Positions 13,001 to 25,000 of a stretch of DNA of 64,000 nt are shown here, one piece after another; the first letter of the stretch is position 1, and each line of letters starts with the position of its first letter. Where the stretch lies: positions 19,096,001 to 19,160,000 of the forward strand of contig JBHGNT010000005.1 in the NCBI GenBank assembly GCA_043228905.1, written 5' to 3'. The translations under genes and the position numbers were made by a program. The notes below the pieces were generated by a model. That model saw nothing but the letters and a program-made list of their open reading frames with translations, was not told the DNA's origin and ran no database searches. Source of the DNA: Azolla caroliniana (taxonomy: Eukaryota > Plantae > Polypodiophyta).

Positions 13001-16000
13001 TCTATTATCTTTGAATTATAGTAATGATCAGGATTATACCATATTAAGTCTCTTTTTTAGCAGCTGACATGAGGTCTTGTTTGTCCTTAGGAACAAAATC
13101 TAGTGCAAAGCATGCTGCGAATCATACTTTGCCTATTAAGCCCAGAGCTAACTGAAAGTATGATTATAGAAGCCTTGATTATTTTCTTTCTAGTCACTTT
13201 ACATGTAATTCAGAATTTTTTGTAAATATGTTTTATATCTGAATACATTTCATTACTAAGATCATCAAGCACTTGAAATAATTTACTTCCTTCCAAAAAC
13301 GTTTATGGTATAATCCACTTATTTTGGCTGTCCAGAAGTTTCCTCGGAGAAGATAGATGCAAACGTGAAAGTATCCTGGATTGACTGCATATTCCTTTTT
13401 GCTGTAGTCTGGTCTGTTGGAGCTTGTATAGATAACTCTGACAGAATCAAGTTTGATCTTCTTCTGCGAAAGCTTATTGTGAGTTAATAACAGATCTTTG
13501 CAAATTTACATTCAGTTGTATGCACATTAAGTAGGAAATATCCCTGGTATGCTGAATATTTTATTTGCTCATACTAATTCTATCTTTAATTTAGTAGTAT
13601 GTACTAAGCATGCATTGGTTCAGGCCAATCAACCGCCTGAAGAATACAGAGCATACATTACTGCTCCAGCTCGTAAAGTAGCTTCTCCATTTCCAGATGG
13701 CAAATTGGTTTATGATTTTGTTTTCAAAAAGGATCGTGGCAAGTGGGGTACATGGTTGGATTTGATTGAGGATGTTGCACTACCAAGTGATGCTGAGTTT
13801 TATAAGATTCTTGTACCAACTCCTGACAGCACCAGATACTCATATCTGATAGACGCTCTAGTAATCCATGATGAACCACTTCTGCTTGTTGGACCAACAG
13901 GGACGGGTAAAAGTGTCTGTGTCAAACAGTATCTTGTGAAGCTTGATCCATCCAAGTAAACATCTTACTATGACGAGTCATCTGATTCCTTAGGATAGAT
14001 TGCTGAATTGTTTTGATATTTGCACAGGTATCAGTCAGTATTCTTCAATTTCTCAGCTCAGACGAGTGCCAACCAAACTCAGGATATAATTGATGGGAAA
14101 CTAGTGAAAAGAAAGCAAGGAGTGTTTGGGCCACAGAAGGGAAAAAAATCTGTTATATTTGTTGATGATTTGAGTATGCCAGCATTGGAGAAGTATGGAG
14201 CACAACCTCCTATTGAGTTGTTAAGACAATGGATGGATCACCAGGGTTGGTTAGTGTCAGCAGTCGTAAAACTGAACAGATTTAATTTTCTTTAGAACAG
14301 TACAAATTATTGATAATATTATTTGGAATGGAATCATAGGTATGATCGGGGTAACCTTCAATTTCGACAAATTGAAGACATTCAGTTTATGGCAGCGATG
14401 GCCCCACCAGGTGGTGGGAAAAATACAGTTACAAATCGATATCTCCGTCATTTCAATGTTGTTTGTATCACACCATTTTCTGATACAACCTTGTCCAGGT
14501 AGGTAATTTTCATATACAAAAACATGGTTTCTTTTACGCAGACAGTTTTCTCTATTTCCAAATTGTATTTTGTAGGATCTTCTCAACCCTTGTTGACTTC
14601 TGGATGAAGAGAGCGCACTATTCTCAAAATACCTTGAAATTAAGGATTCCTATGGTTGCTGCTACCCTTGAAATATACCAAATAGTTCAACGAGAACTCT
14701 TGCCGACACCTGAAAAATCACACTACACATTTAATCTCCGAGATCTTGGCAAGGTATATCCCTCATAAAAGGCATTAACCTTGATGATCCATTGTCTTTT
14801 ACAAGTCCAAAATGGCCTATGAATTCAAATGAGGATAAGAGATTACATATGAAAATGTTGTCTTGACATTCAGAATAACAAGAAAAAACAAAACTTAATT
14901 AAATGAAATAGTAGTTAGCTAGGCATCAATTTCTGAGATTCGATTGAGTGAAATTTCTGCCTTCAAATGTTCTCCAACATGGGACAATCAAAGATGCAAA
15001 GTTCTCCGAAGTAAGAATTTGGTGCCTAGTCCGAAGTATGTACATGAAAAATCATTACGCTCAATCTATTATAACCCCTTCTAAATGTTGTTGATATTCT
15101 ACACATTTAGCCCTTGATTAATTGTAGCATGAGTAATGGAGCTAAAGAAACTTTCGATGGTTCCTTGTCGATGAGCTTTTGATGTTGCATTGTTTTCCTT
15201 CTCTCCCTGTCTCTTCATTAATCCTGCAGACTGGCCTGAAACCATGCTTGAAGAGGCAATGGTGATGTTCAGATGAGGAAAATCCAAGTTATATTGGAAT
15301 GGGGTAGTGTGTTTACACCAAGTTTCTACCTGCTATTTTGATAATATAAGTGCCAACTTTTAGTACCTTTGCATTGCAATCTCCCAAATATGTTGGATAT
15401 TGATCCATGATCTGTTGGAATGGGGTAGTTATGTCACCAACTTTCTATACCCCAAAGAGAAGAAAGAAAAAGAAAAAAGATATATTAACGTCTTTTAAGA
15501 GACCAAAAACGCCTATTAGACCAAACAAGAGATTATTTGCGGTCAAGATGTCTTTGCGGTCCCTCTAGAGAGTAAGAATTCAACATGATGGCATGAGCAC
15601 ATATAGAAAGGAACAAGAAAGAAGAAACTAAATTATTTGTTCGGAATTCTGCCGAGTGTGGTTCTAATTGCAATACATACTAGAATGTCCTGTGTTATTT
15701 TATCTCTACATAATTCATCCGTGTATTATTTTATTGCCAAAACATTCATTTCAATTGCATTGATATAATCGTGACTCAGTATCTTAGGCCCTTTTGTGTA
15801 CAAATATAAAGTGTTACTGTAACAAATTTCCAGTCCAGTTGAATTGTTTTCAGGCTACCTCAAACCGTGTTACTTGTTTAAATGGATATTTTAAAATAGG
15901 CTTCCTATGGAATGTAATTCAACATTTCTGATTTATTCCTTCAATTCATCAAACTTAATTTTACATTTTATATTGCTTTTAGGTCTTCCTGGGATTGCAG

Positions 16001-19000
16001 TTTGCACCAGCAGAGATAGACAACCAATATAAAATAATTCGTTTATGGGTGCATGAGTGCCTCCGAGTTTTTTACGATCGACTAATAAATGAAAAAGATC
16101 GAATATGGTTGTGTGATGTCATTGCTGAAATGCTAGAAAAGCATTTCAAAGAAAGGTTTGGCAAAGTTTTTGCAGGGTTTTCACATTCCGAGATAAAAAA
16201 AGGGGATACAAGTCCAAGCATTTTAAAGTATCTTGTTGCTGGAGACTTTATGATTCCTGGAGCAGACCCTGCACAGGTAATATCTTGCATAAAATAATGT
16301 AAATATAGGATAAATTTTCTGCAAGACTTCCTTACCAGTGTGACCTTGATTATTTGTACAAATACACTGCTGTTTTATCATGGTCACATAAATAAACGAT
16401 GTTAATATAAATTTCAATTGAAATTTTCTATAAATGTCTTTTGTCCCAGCATAGGGCATATAACAGGATAGGTTTGTAGAGACCTTCAGTCTCAATTATT
16501 TTCAAAAACATGCAATTAATTTTGGTGTATTCAAATTCAAAAATGGTTCCTGTCGCATGGCATATGTAAAATACAATATCTCCACTTCAATATAGTTTGG
16601 ATTTTCCACACTTGAACATATCTAAAGTAGAACAAAAATAGTGTGGCCTGAGCTGATTTCATTAAATTGGATGATGGAAGATCCTGGATCAACCCCACAA
16701 CATCTCTTGATAGGAAAAATCACTCTTTTTTACACGTTGCGGGATTGATGTATTATGAAGTCTTCTTAGGCAGATACACATGTTGAGAATCAAGCTCAAC
16801 TCGTGTGAACATGTGCTTATGAAGAGAAGCACAATGTGTGAAAAATTGCATGAGCACACTTTATTGTAATCCGTGTAGTGTCAAGTGTAAATGTGGTCAA
16901 AGAATATCACATATTCTTGAGATAGAATCGTACTCGAGTGGATATCTTAATTAGATTCCACCAACACATTTAATGTGGCAGTCCCTTGAGAACTTGTATA
17001 TAGAACTCCTTTGGTCAATTGTGTGTAGATGATGATCTTTAGTTGAAGAAACCAAGAGGAAAGCTCTTGCGTTGCAGGTACAAGTGGTTGGTTGGGCAGA
17101 AAAAGGAAGCCCACAAGAAGATGCCAAGAATCTCAGAACAAAGACCACTATGTTTTCAGTGTTGTTTTTTATATGAAATAAGAGATAGATACCGTTGCCT
17201 ATTTGAACAAGGCATTGCTAAACGTAATACAACAATTAATGGTGTTTGGGAATGTTCTTGCTAGAACTCAAGAGACATAGAAAGAAAGAAAGAAGAAAGA
17301 TATATTAACGTCTTTTAAGAGACCAAAATGGCCTATAAGACCAAACAAGAGATTACATCTGAAGTGTTGTCTCGTCTTTGAGAACAACAAATCAAAATAG
17401 AATAAGTAGTACTCAGTAAATATAAAAGTAAATAAGATAAAAATAGACGAGGGAATCTGGTTTTCGGTACATGTGAGCTTCTCAAGTTAGACATATTGCA
17501 ACATTTGTCTTCGAAAGATCTCTAGCATAGGTAAATCCAGAAAGAAAGAAAGATATATTAATGTCTTTTAAGAAGCCAAAATGGCCTATAACACCAAACA
17601 AGAGATTACATCTTAAGTCTTGTCTCATCTTTGAGAACAACAAATAAAAATAAAAATTCCTCAGTAGATATAAAAGTAAATAAAATAAAAACAGACGAGA
17701 AAATCTGGTTATCAGCACATGTGAGATTCTCAAGTTAGATATATTGGAACTTTTGTCTTTAAAAGACCTCTAGGATAGTTCAATCCAAAATGGAAAGGTC
17801 TCCGAAGCAAGGGAAGGACCTGCGATGGTAGGAGATAATGGTCTTTATCTGTCGATGACAATGGTGCTGAGGTCGTCGTCCATGGGGCCGGGCCTACGTG
17901 CACGACAAATTGCTATTGCTCGATCAATTGTAACCCCTTTGTTATGTCCTAGTTGGGAGCCCATTTGCGTATCCCTTGATTGACTTGTAGCATTAGTAGG
18001 AGTGATAGGGCTAAATAAAGATGTGATTGTTCTTTATGGATGAGCTTGTGTGGCTGTATTCTTCAACAACTTTTCGCTATTGCTCTTGAGTTCTAGCAAG
18101 AAAAGTCCTAGGCACCGTTGGTCCCCATATTCCATTACCTTGCATAGCGCGCCAAAGCCTTGTTTAAAGAGGCAATGGTATCTCCTTCTGATTTCATAAA
18201 TAACACTACATTGATAAACATATTGTTCTTCAGATTCCACTCCTTGATGACACAATTGGCAAATTCTTTCTTCTAGACCTCATTCTGTAACTGATGTGAT
18301 GAAGTTCTTAGCTGCCCTATCACACTGCGCAGCGCATAGGATAGATGTATGTCCATATAAGGTGGCCTGATGATGAATCCATCCTCCGATGTGTGTAAGA
18401 AGTGTGTCTTATAGTGGGTCATCTTCTTACCAAGGGATATTTTGGGGCTGATCCATGTTATCTTGTTTTCCAAGCTAATAATATCAGTTCGGATCACTCT
18501 ATTCTTTTCCACTTTGGTCATATTTAGATGGGGAGAGTCCAAGCTATATTGGAATGGGGGTAGTGCATTTATGCTCATGCCATGTGACTCGAACCATTGT
18601 TGCGTTTCAGCATAAAATGTCACATCAATTAAAAAATTTCGATATGGAGGTGTGCTTCCAAATCTATGTCTATCGGGGGGTAGAATTTGAAGAACAATAT
18701 GTATAAGTAGAAAATGTCAAGTTCTTAGATATCTAGATTCTTTAGAATCCTATTTTAGTTATTTGGATTTTTCGTTCATTCTCAAAGACATTTTAAGATG
18801 TAATCTCTTGTTTAATCTTGTTTAATCACATGTGCCAAAAACCAGATTCCCTCATTTCTTTTCTTTTGATGTTATTTACTTTTATATTTACTGTGTAATA
18901 TTTATTTTATTTTGATTTGTTCTCAAAGACGAGACAACACTTAAGATGTAATCTCTTATTTGGTCTTATAGGCCATTTTGGCCTCTTAAAAGACGTTAAT

Positions 19001-22000
19001 ATATCTTTCTTTCTTTCTTTCTATCATCCAATGTATTTTGAAATTTATATTTTTTTCCATTTCAGTATGATGAAATTACAGATGAGGAGGGGTTGATGAA
19101 AATTATTCAAAACTATCTGGAAGATTACAATGCAGTTACAAGCAAACAAATGAACCTTGTTTTGTTTCAATTTGCTGTCCATCATATATCACGGATATGC
19201 AGAGTAATAAAACAGCCAGGTGGAAATGCATTGCTTGTTGGTGTTGGTGGGAGTGGAAGGCAGAGCTTAGCTAGGCTTGCTGCCTTTATTCAAGGTTTTG
19301 AGGTTTTTCAAGTGAGTAAATGTTCAATTAAAGTTCTTGCAGTTTTTTTAAATATACATGTTTGCAAATGTCATTTATTGATAATAACAGGTAGAAATAG
19401 CAAAGAACTATAGCATGTCAGAATGGAGAGAAGATCTTGGAAAGATGTTACGAAAGGCTGGTGAATTGGATAAACCGACTATGTTTCTATTCGCAGACAC
19501 ACAAATTAAGCTAGAAGGCTTCGTTGAGGATATCAACTCTCTTCTAAACACAGGAGAGGTATCCTTTCTACAATAAATGAAAGGGAAATAGAAGGAACAC
19601 TCATTTCTATGAAGTATTTCATGTGTGTGTATAGATTTTTACTATGCCTATTTTCATTAACCTCTTCTAGTCTATACTTCTATGGTGTGTGCGCGTTTTA
19701 ATAATACTATAGTCATTTGTTTTTTGCAGTTCTGCCAAAACTCTTGAACAACTAGCTAACATTGATGTCACATCATGTTATTTTGAATTTAGGTTCCAAA
19801 CCTTTTTGATTCAGCTGATATAGTAGCAATCTGTGAAACTGTTCGCCCCCGGGCAAAAAAAGTCAAAAGAGATGGATCACATGCTGATTTGTATGGTTAT
19901 TTTGTGGATGAATGCAGTAAAAACCTTAGAATTGCACTGGTATTTCTCCATGATTTATTAGAGTTGCAGAACTCTGCATATCATAATGCTTTCTTGTTGA
20001 ACACATTTGTTTCACTAAATGCAGGCATTTAGTCCAGTTGGGGATGCATTTCGGGACCGTCTAAGGAAATTCCCATCCTTGGTTAATTGCTGCACTATCG
20101 ATTGGTTTAGTAGCTGGCCTGTTGAGGTGCCCTTGTTTGCCTGCAAAACAAACATTCCTTTTGTTGTGTACTTTATTTTACTTGTTCTCATTTGATAACT
20201 ATTTTTATTAGGCATTAAAATCTGTTGCAACTCGTTTCTTGGCGGATGTCAATGTAGACCAGAAGTTGATACCCAATATTGTCGATATATCAGTCTACTT
20301 TCATATGTCTATTCAGGTTCATATCTTGGAATCATATCTTGATTAATAGTCTAGTATTCTTAAACGGAAATGTTACTACTGTTCTAGAATTAGCTCATTC
20401 CAATAGGTTTGGTATATTTGATAACATCTAAGTATTCTTAAAAGGAAAGGAAAAGAAATTTCTTGTTAGAGCTTGGTTTCCAAAACAAAAAACTCAAATG
20501 AGGTGCCAGGATAATGCACAAACCTTCAATATTTCATGTTGGATGCAGTGATCAAGACCGTGTCATACAACTACATATTCTAGTGATAAGTTAGTGCATC
20601 ACTGTCCTTAGAATAAGATAGCGATGTCATTGAAGAGTAGAAATATGAGAAACATGATGTCGAATCTTGTGCCTAGATCTAACCCATATGCTCATCATAC
20701 AGACCTTTAGGAAGCTCCACATGTGAATGCTATTTCTCTAGAAAGAAGAAAGAATGAAAGAATGATACAATAATGTTTTGAAAAGTCCAGAATGGCCTAT
20801 GAAACCTGTTAAACCGAACTGTTTGCTTTGAATCATCAACGTGAGTAACAAAAGAAAAGTCTCTAGACCTGCCCTAACAGCAATTACTGTACAGAGGGCA
20901 TGTGATATGTGTCTCCATATACTTGAAACCATCTGGGAACATATGTAAGAATAGGAACTTGTAATAGGCCATGTTCGTCCTAGTTATAAAGAAAATCCAT
21001 AAATGTGGGCCTCAGTTAATGAGTGCGAAAAGAGTGAAGATATAAATGAATATATTTCTGTACAATTATACTGATATACCCCCACATTGATTTCTCATAC
21101 CTGACTCTCTCAGTAACCTTGGTGGGATCCTTTCCATAGTATCTTCTATCACTAGGGGCACCTTCTCTTTTTTAGCCAGTAGAAAGTTTTTTATTCCTGA
21201 GTTAAGCCACATGAGGAATCTAAAGGATTTATGGCACAGTTGATGTAAGCCTGTTTTCTAAAAGCATGTGACTATACTAATTTGTAACAAAAGGGTTGTG
21301 ATCTTTATGTGTTGCCACTAATTCTACTTTCAAACGACTGCTATTAAGGTAGCCTTGCGGGTGTATAAAATTTGCCATATGTAGGATCTAGCAGTGCAGT
21401 ACTTCAATACTATGCGTCGCTATTGCTATGTTACACCAACAAGCTTCCTTGAGCTCATCGCAGCATACACAACATTGCTTGAAAAGAAACAGGTTGAAGT
21501 ACTTGGCCAAAAACAAAGGTTTGCTCCTGTTAATTGAGTGAACTTTGTACACCTTAAATCTATTTTGTTAACTTTCATTTTTATATCACATATTTTATTT
21601 TATTTTGGACCCATTTTCATTCTGACTATTTTTATGTTATTATTTAAGTAGTCCTTAGCCTCTTAACTATAAGCTTTCCTTGAGGTGTGGAAATAGCCTT
21701 TCATTTATCCTCATATTGTCAGTATTGATTTTCCTCATTTCAGTAGAAGAGTTAAATCATTGTGTTTATCGGATTATCTCCCTTTGGTTATCAATCGTTA
21801 GGATAGTTGTCATGCTCTTCAGAAAGCAGACATATCCACAACACAATACAAAAGATATCACGATTTGGTATAGGAGAAAATCTGAAATTAACTCGAATGG
21901 GGATGCACTGTTTTTCTTGTGTTTTTCATGAGATAATAGTGAGCTTGTGATCAATACTTGGGATGGTTGTCATGCTCTTCAGAAAGCAACATGTCCACAA

Positions 22001-25000
22001 CCCAGTACAAGTAGAAAATCTGAAATAACTTGAATGCGGCTATACTGTTATCCTTGTGTTTTTTCATCCTTGTAATCTTTTAGAAGTTTCTATATTAATT
22101 TTCTTGTGAATATAGATATGAGACAGGCTTGCTTAAGCTTGAAAATTCGTCAAAAGAAGTAACGATAATGCAAGAAGACCTTGCGAAACTTCAACCAAAG
22201 CTGGTTCAGTCAACAAATGAAGTGAATGAACTTCTCAAGGTAGGCAATCGAATGAAGGAAGAATAAATTTATTTTACCCATTTATACAGAATAAATTGAT
22301 AGAATAATAACTTGTGGAAGTATTCATTAATAACTTAAGATGAGATATTCCTTTTCTGTCAACTAACTTGTCATTTACCCTAGATACAAGCTAGTTCTCG
22401 ATAGTACTTATCTTGAAGTAAATTGCACATACTTCAAGACTAAGTACATCTTAACCTGCCAATTGAGAATTTTCTTCTAGCACAATTGGAGTAAAGCAAG
22501 GATGCCCACTATCACCCACTCTCTTCGGTCTCTGTATAGATGAGGTATGACATTACATAGAGAGATTTGAGGGTTCGGGAGCACACCTAGCAGGTATAGC
22601 TATACAAATATTACTATACCCTGATGATGATGTGCTGATTTCTGACTCTCCTGAGAGACTACAAAGACATCTAAATACCTAAAAACTATTTTGTACGGAC
22701 AAAGGTTTGTCAATAAACATGGATAAAACTATAGTGATGGTGTTTAACACCACTCAAGCATTGGCAACAAGATCAGAACCAGAATTCTTCTTGGGAGAGG
22801 AAAAGGTGGAATACACACGCTGCTACACATACCTAGATGTAACATTTACAGGGCCTAACTTTCTCGTGGATATGCAGCCCTTGGTGCGTTTGAGAGACAA
22901 TGTGCATATTTGCAGTTCTAAGAGCCACGAACTAACCTGTGCTTATTTGAGACACTTGTCCCACCAACTCTTCTCTATGGGGTAGAAATGTGGGGACCGA
23001 GTCTTAACAACGCAAATCATTGGAAAGATTTAGAGAGACCACTAGTGTCAATGATTGCCCGCATGATAAGGAGCAAAGCATCAATGTCCCATGATATAAT
23101 CCGGGCTGATATGGGAGCAACACCTATAATCACCAAGGCATTGTTCCAATCAGTGACATGTATCCAACGTCTTTGGGAGCTCCCTAAACGAAGGTACCCA
23201 AGGTTGGCTCTTATGTCATGAAGACAACTGGCTGAAAATGGAGACATTCATTGTTGGTATGCTGAAATGCCGCAATGGTTCGAGTCACATGGCATGAGTA
23301 TAAATGCACTACCCCTGTTCCAATATAGCTAGGACTCTCCCCATTTAAATATGACCAAAGTGTGATCCGAACTTATATTATTAACTTGGAAACAAGATAA
23401 CATGGATCAGCCCCAAAATATCACTTGGTACGAAGATGGCCCACTATAAGACACACTTCTTACACACATCAGATGATGGATTCATCATCAGGCCACCTTA
23501 TATGGACATACATCTATCCTGTGCGCTACACAGTGTGATAGGCCAGTTGCGAACTTCATCACCACAATTAGAGATTGAGGTAGGCAAATATACACGAATA
23601 CCTCTAGAAGGAAGAATTTGCCAATTATTTCATCAAGGAGTGGAATCCGAAGAACACTATGTTTGTCATTGTAGTGTCTTTTATGAAATCAGAGGGAGAT
23701 ACCATTGCCTCTTTAAACAAGGGTTTGGCCCACTACTCAAGGTAATGGAATAGCAGTGCCTAGGACTTTTCTTGCTAGAACTCAAGAGACATAGGGAAAA
23801 GTTGTTGAAGGACAATAATACAGCCACACAAGCTCATCCATAAAGGAAAATCACAACTTTCTTTAGCCCATCACTCCTAATGCTACGAGTCAATCAAGGG
23901 ATACACAAATGGCCTCCCGACCAGGACATAACAAAGGGGTTACAATTGATCGGGCAATAGCAATTTGTCATGCCTGAAGACCCTGGCCCCATGGACCACA
24001 AACTCAGCACCCTTGTCATCGTAGGTGCTTCTGTCACTTTCGAAACCTCTCCACTCTGGAACGACCTATGCTAGAGATCTTTTGAAGACAAAAGTTACAA
24101 TATACCTAACTTGAAAATCTCACATGTAGCGAAAACCAGATTCCCTCATCTCTTGTTATCTTATTTACTATTATATTTACTGAGTAATATTTATTTTATT
24201 TTGATTTGTTGATTTGTTGTTCTCTAAGATGAGACAACAGTTAAGATGCAATCTCTTGTTTGGTCTTATAGGCCATTTGGCCTCTTAAAAGACATTAATA
24301 TATCTTTCTTTCTTTTTGAATACATTCTTTCCTACTTCATGACACCTCATCGACCCATATGGTCGAGTTGCACAATAGCAACTCCTCATTTTGTGTGCTA
24401 TCACAACATGTGTACTCTAAGAATACATGTTGGGATAAACTAACAAGTTTGGGTTAATCATTGATTATATCTAACACCCCCCCTCCATAGTCAACCCCAA
24501 TGAGTTAAGTTGGAATTGTGCCAACTCTGTAGCTGTTCTGCTCCAAGCGCCTTTGCGAAGATTTCTGCAACATTCTTTGATGTTGGAGAGTACTCAAGCT
24601 CCCGGACATAGTGCTACTAAATCTCCATGTGTTTAGTATGTGCATGAAACACCGGATTCCGTATAATGGGCATGCAACTCTGATTGTCACACCTCTGTAC
24701 CGTAGCCTTCCCCATCTGAACCGTCACATCCATAATTATTCTTCTGAGCCAGGATCCCTCACCAGCCGCTTTGAATTCTGCCCATGTCAAAGATAATGCC
24801 ACCATTGGTTGCTTTTAACTGTTGCACAAAACAGTGCTGAAACCCATTGAAAAACAATATCTAGAAACAGATTTTCTGGAATCAGTATTTGTAGTCTCAT
24901 TCAAAAGAAATGAGGCTATAAAATCTAGCAAGAGTGACTAAGGTCATGAGTTTGGATCCCATGAGAACTGATTTCCTTATAGTTTCGTTTGAAAGAAATG

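Noticed and set aside
18970-18984. Histone-mRNA-type stem-loop or hammerhead ribozyme in the LINE
   Set aside because: The hairpin does not fit the 6-bp stem/4-nt loop histone consensus; the CTGATGA hits (4014, 22621) are codons of the YADD motif without hammerhead stems.
21800-22060. ~160-bp local duplication in a dynein intron (also short duplications at 39632/39762 and 39864/40258)
   Set aside because: Ordinary diverged local duplications with no further structure visible.
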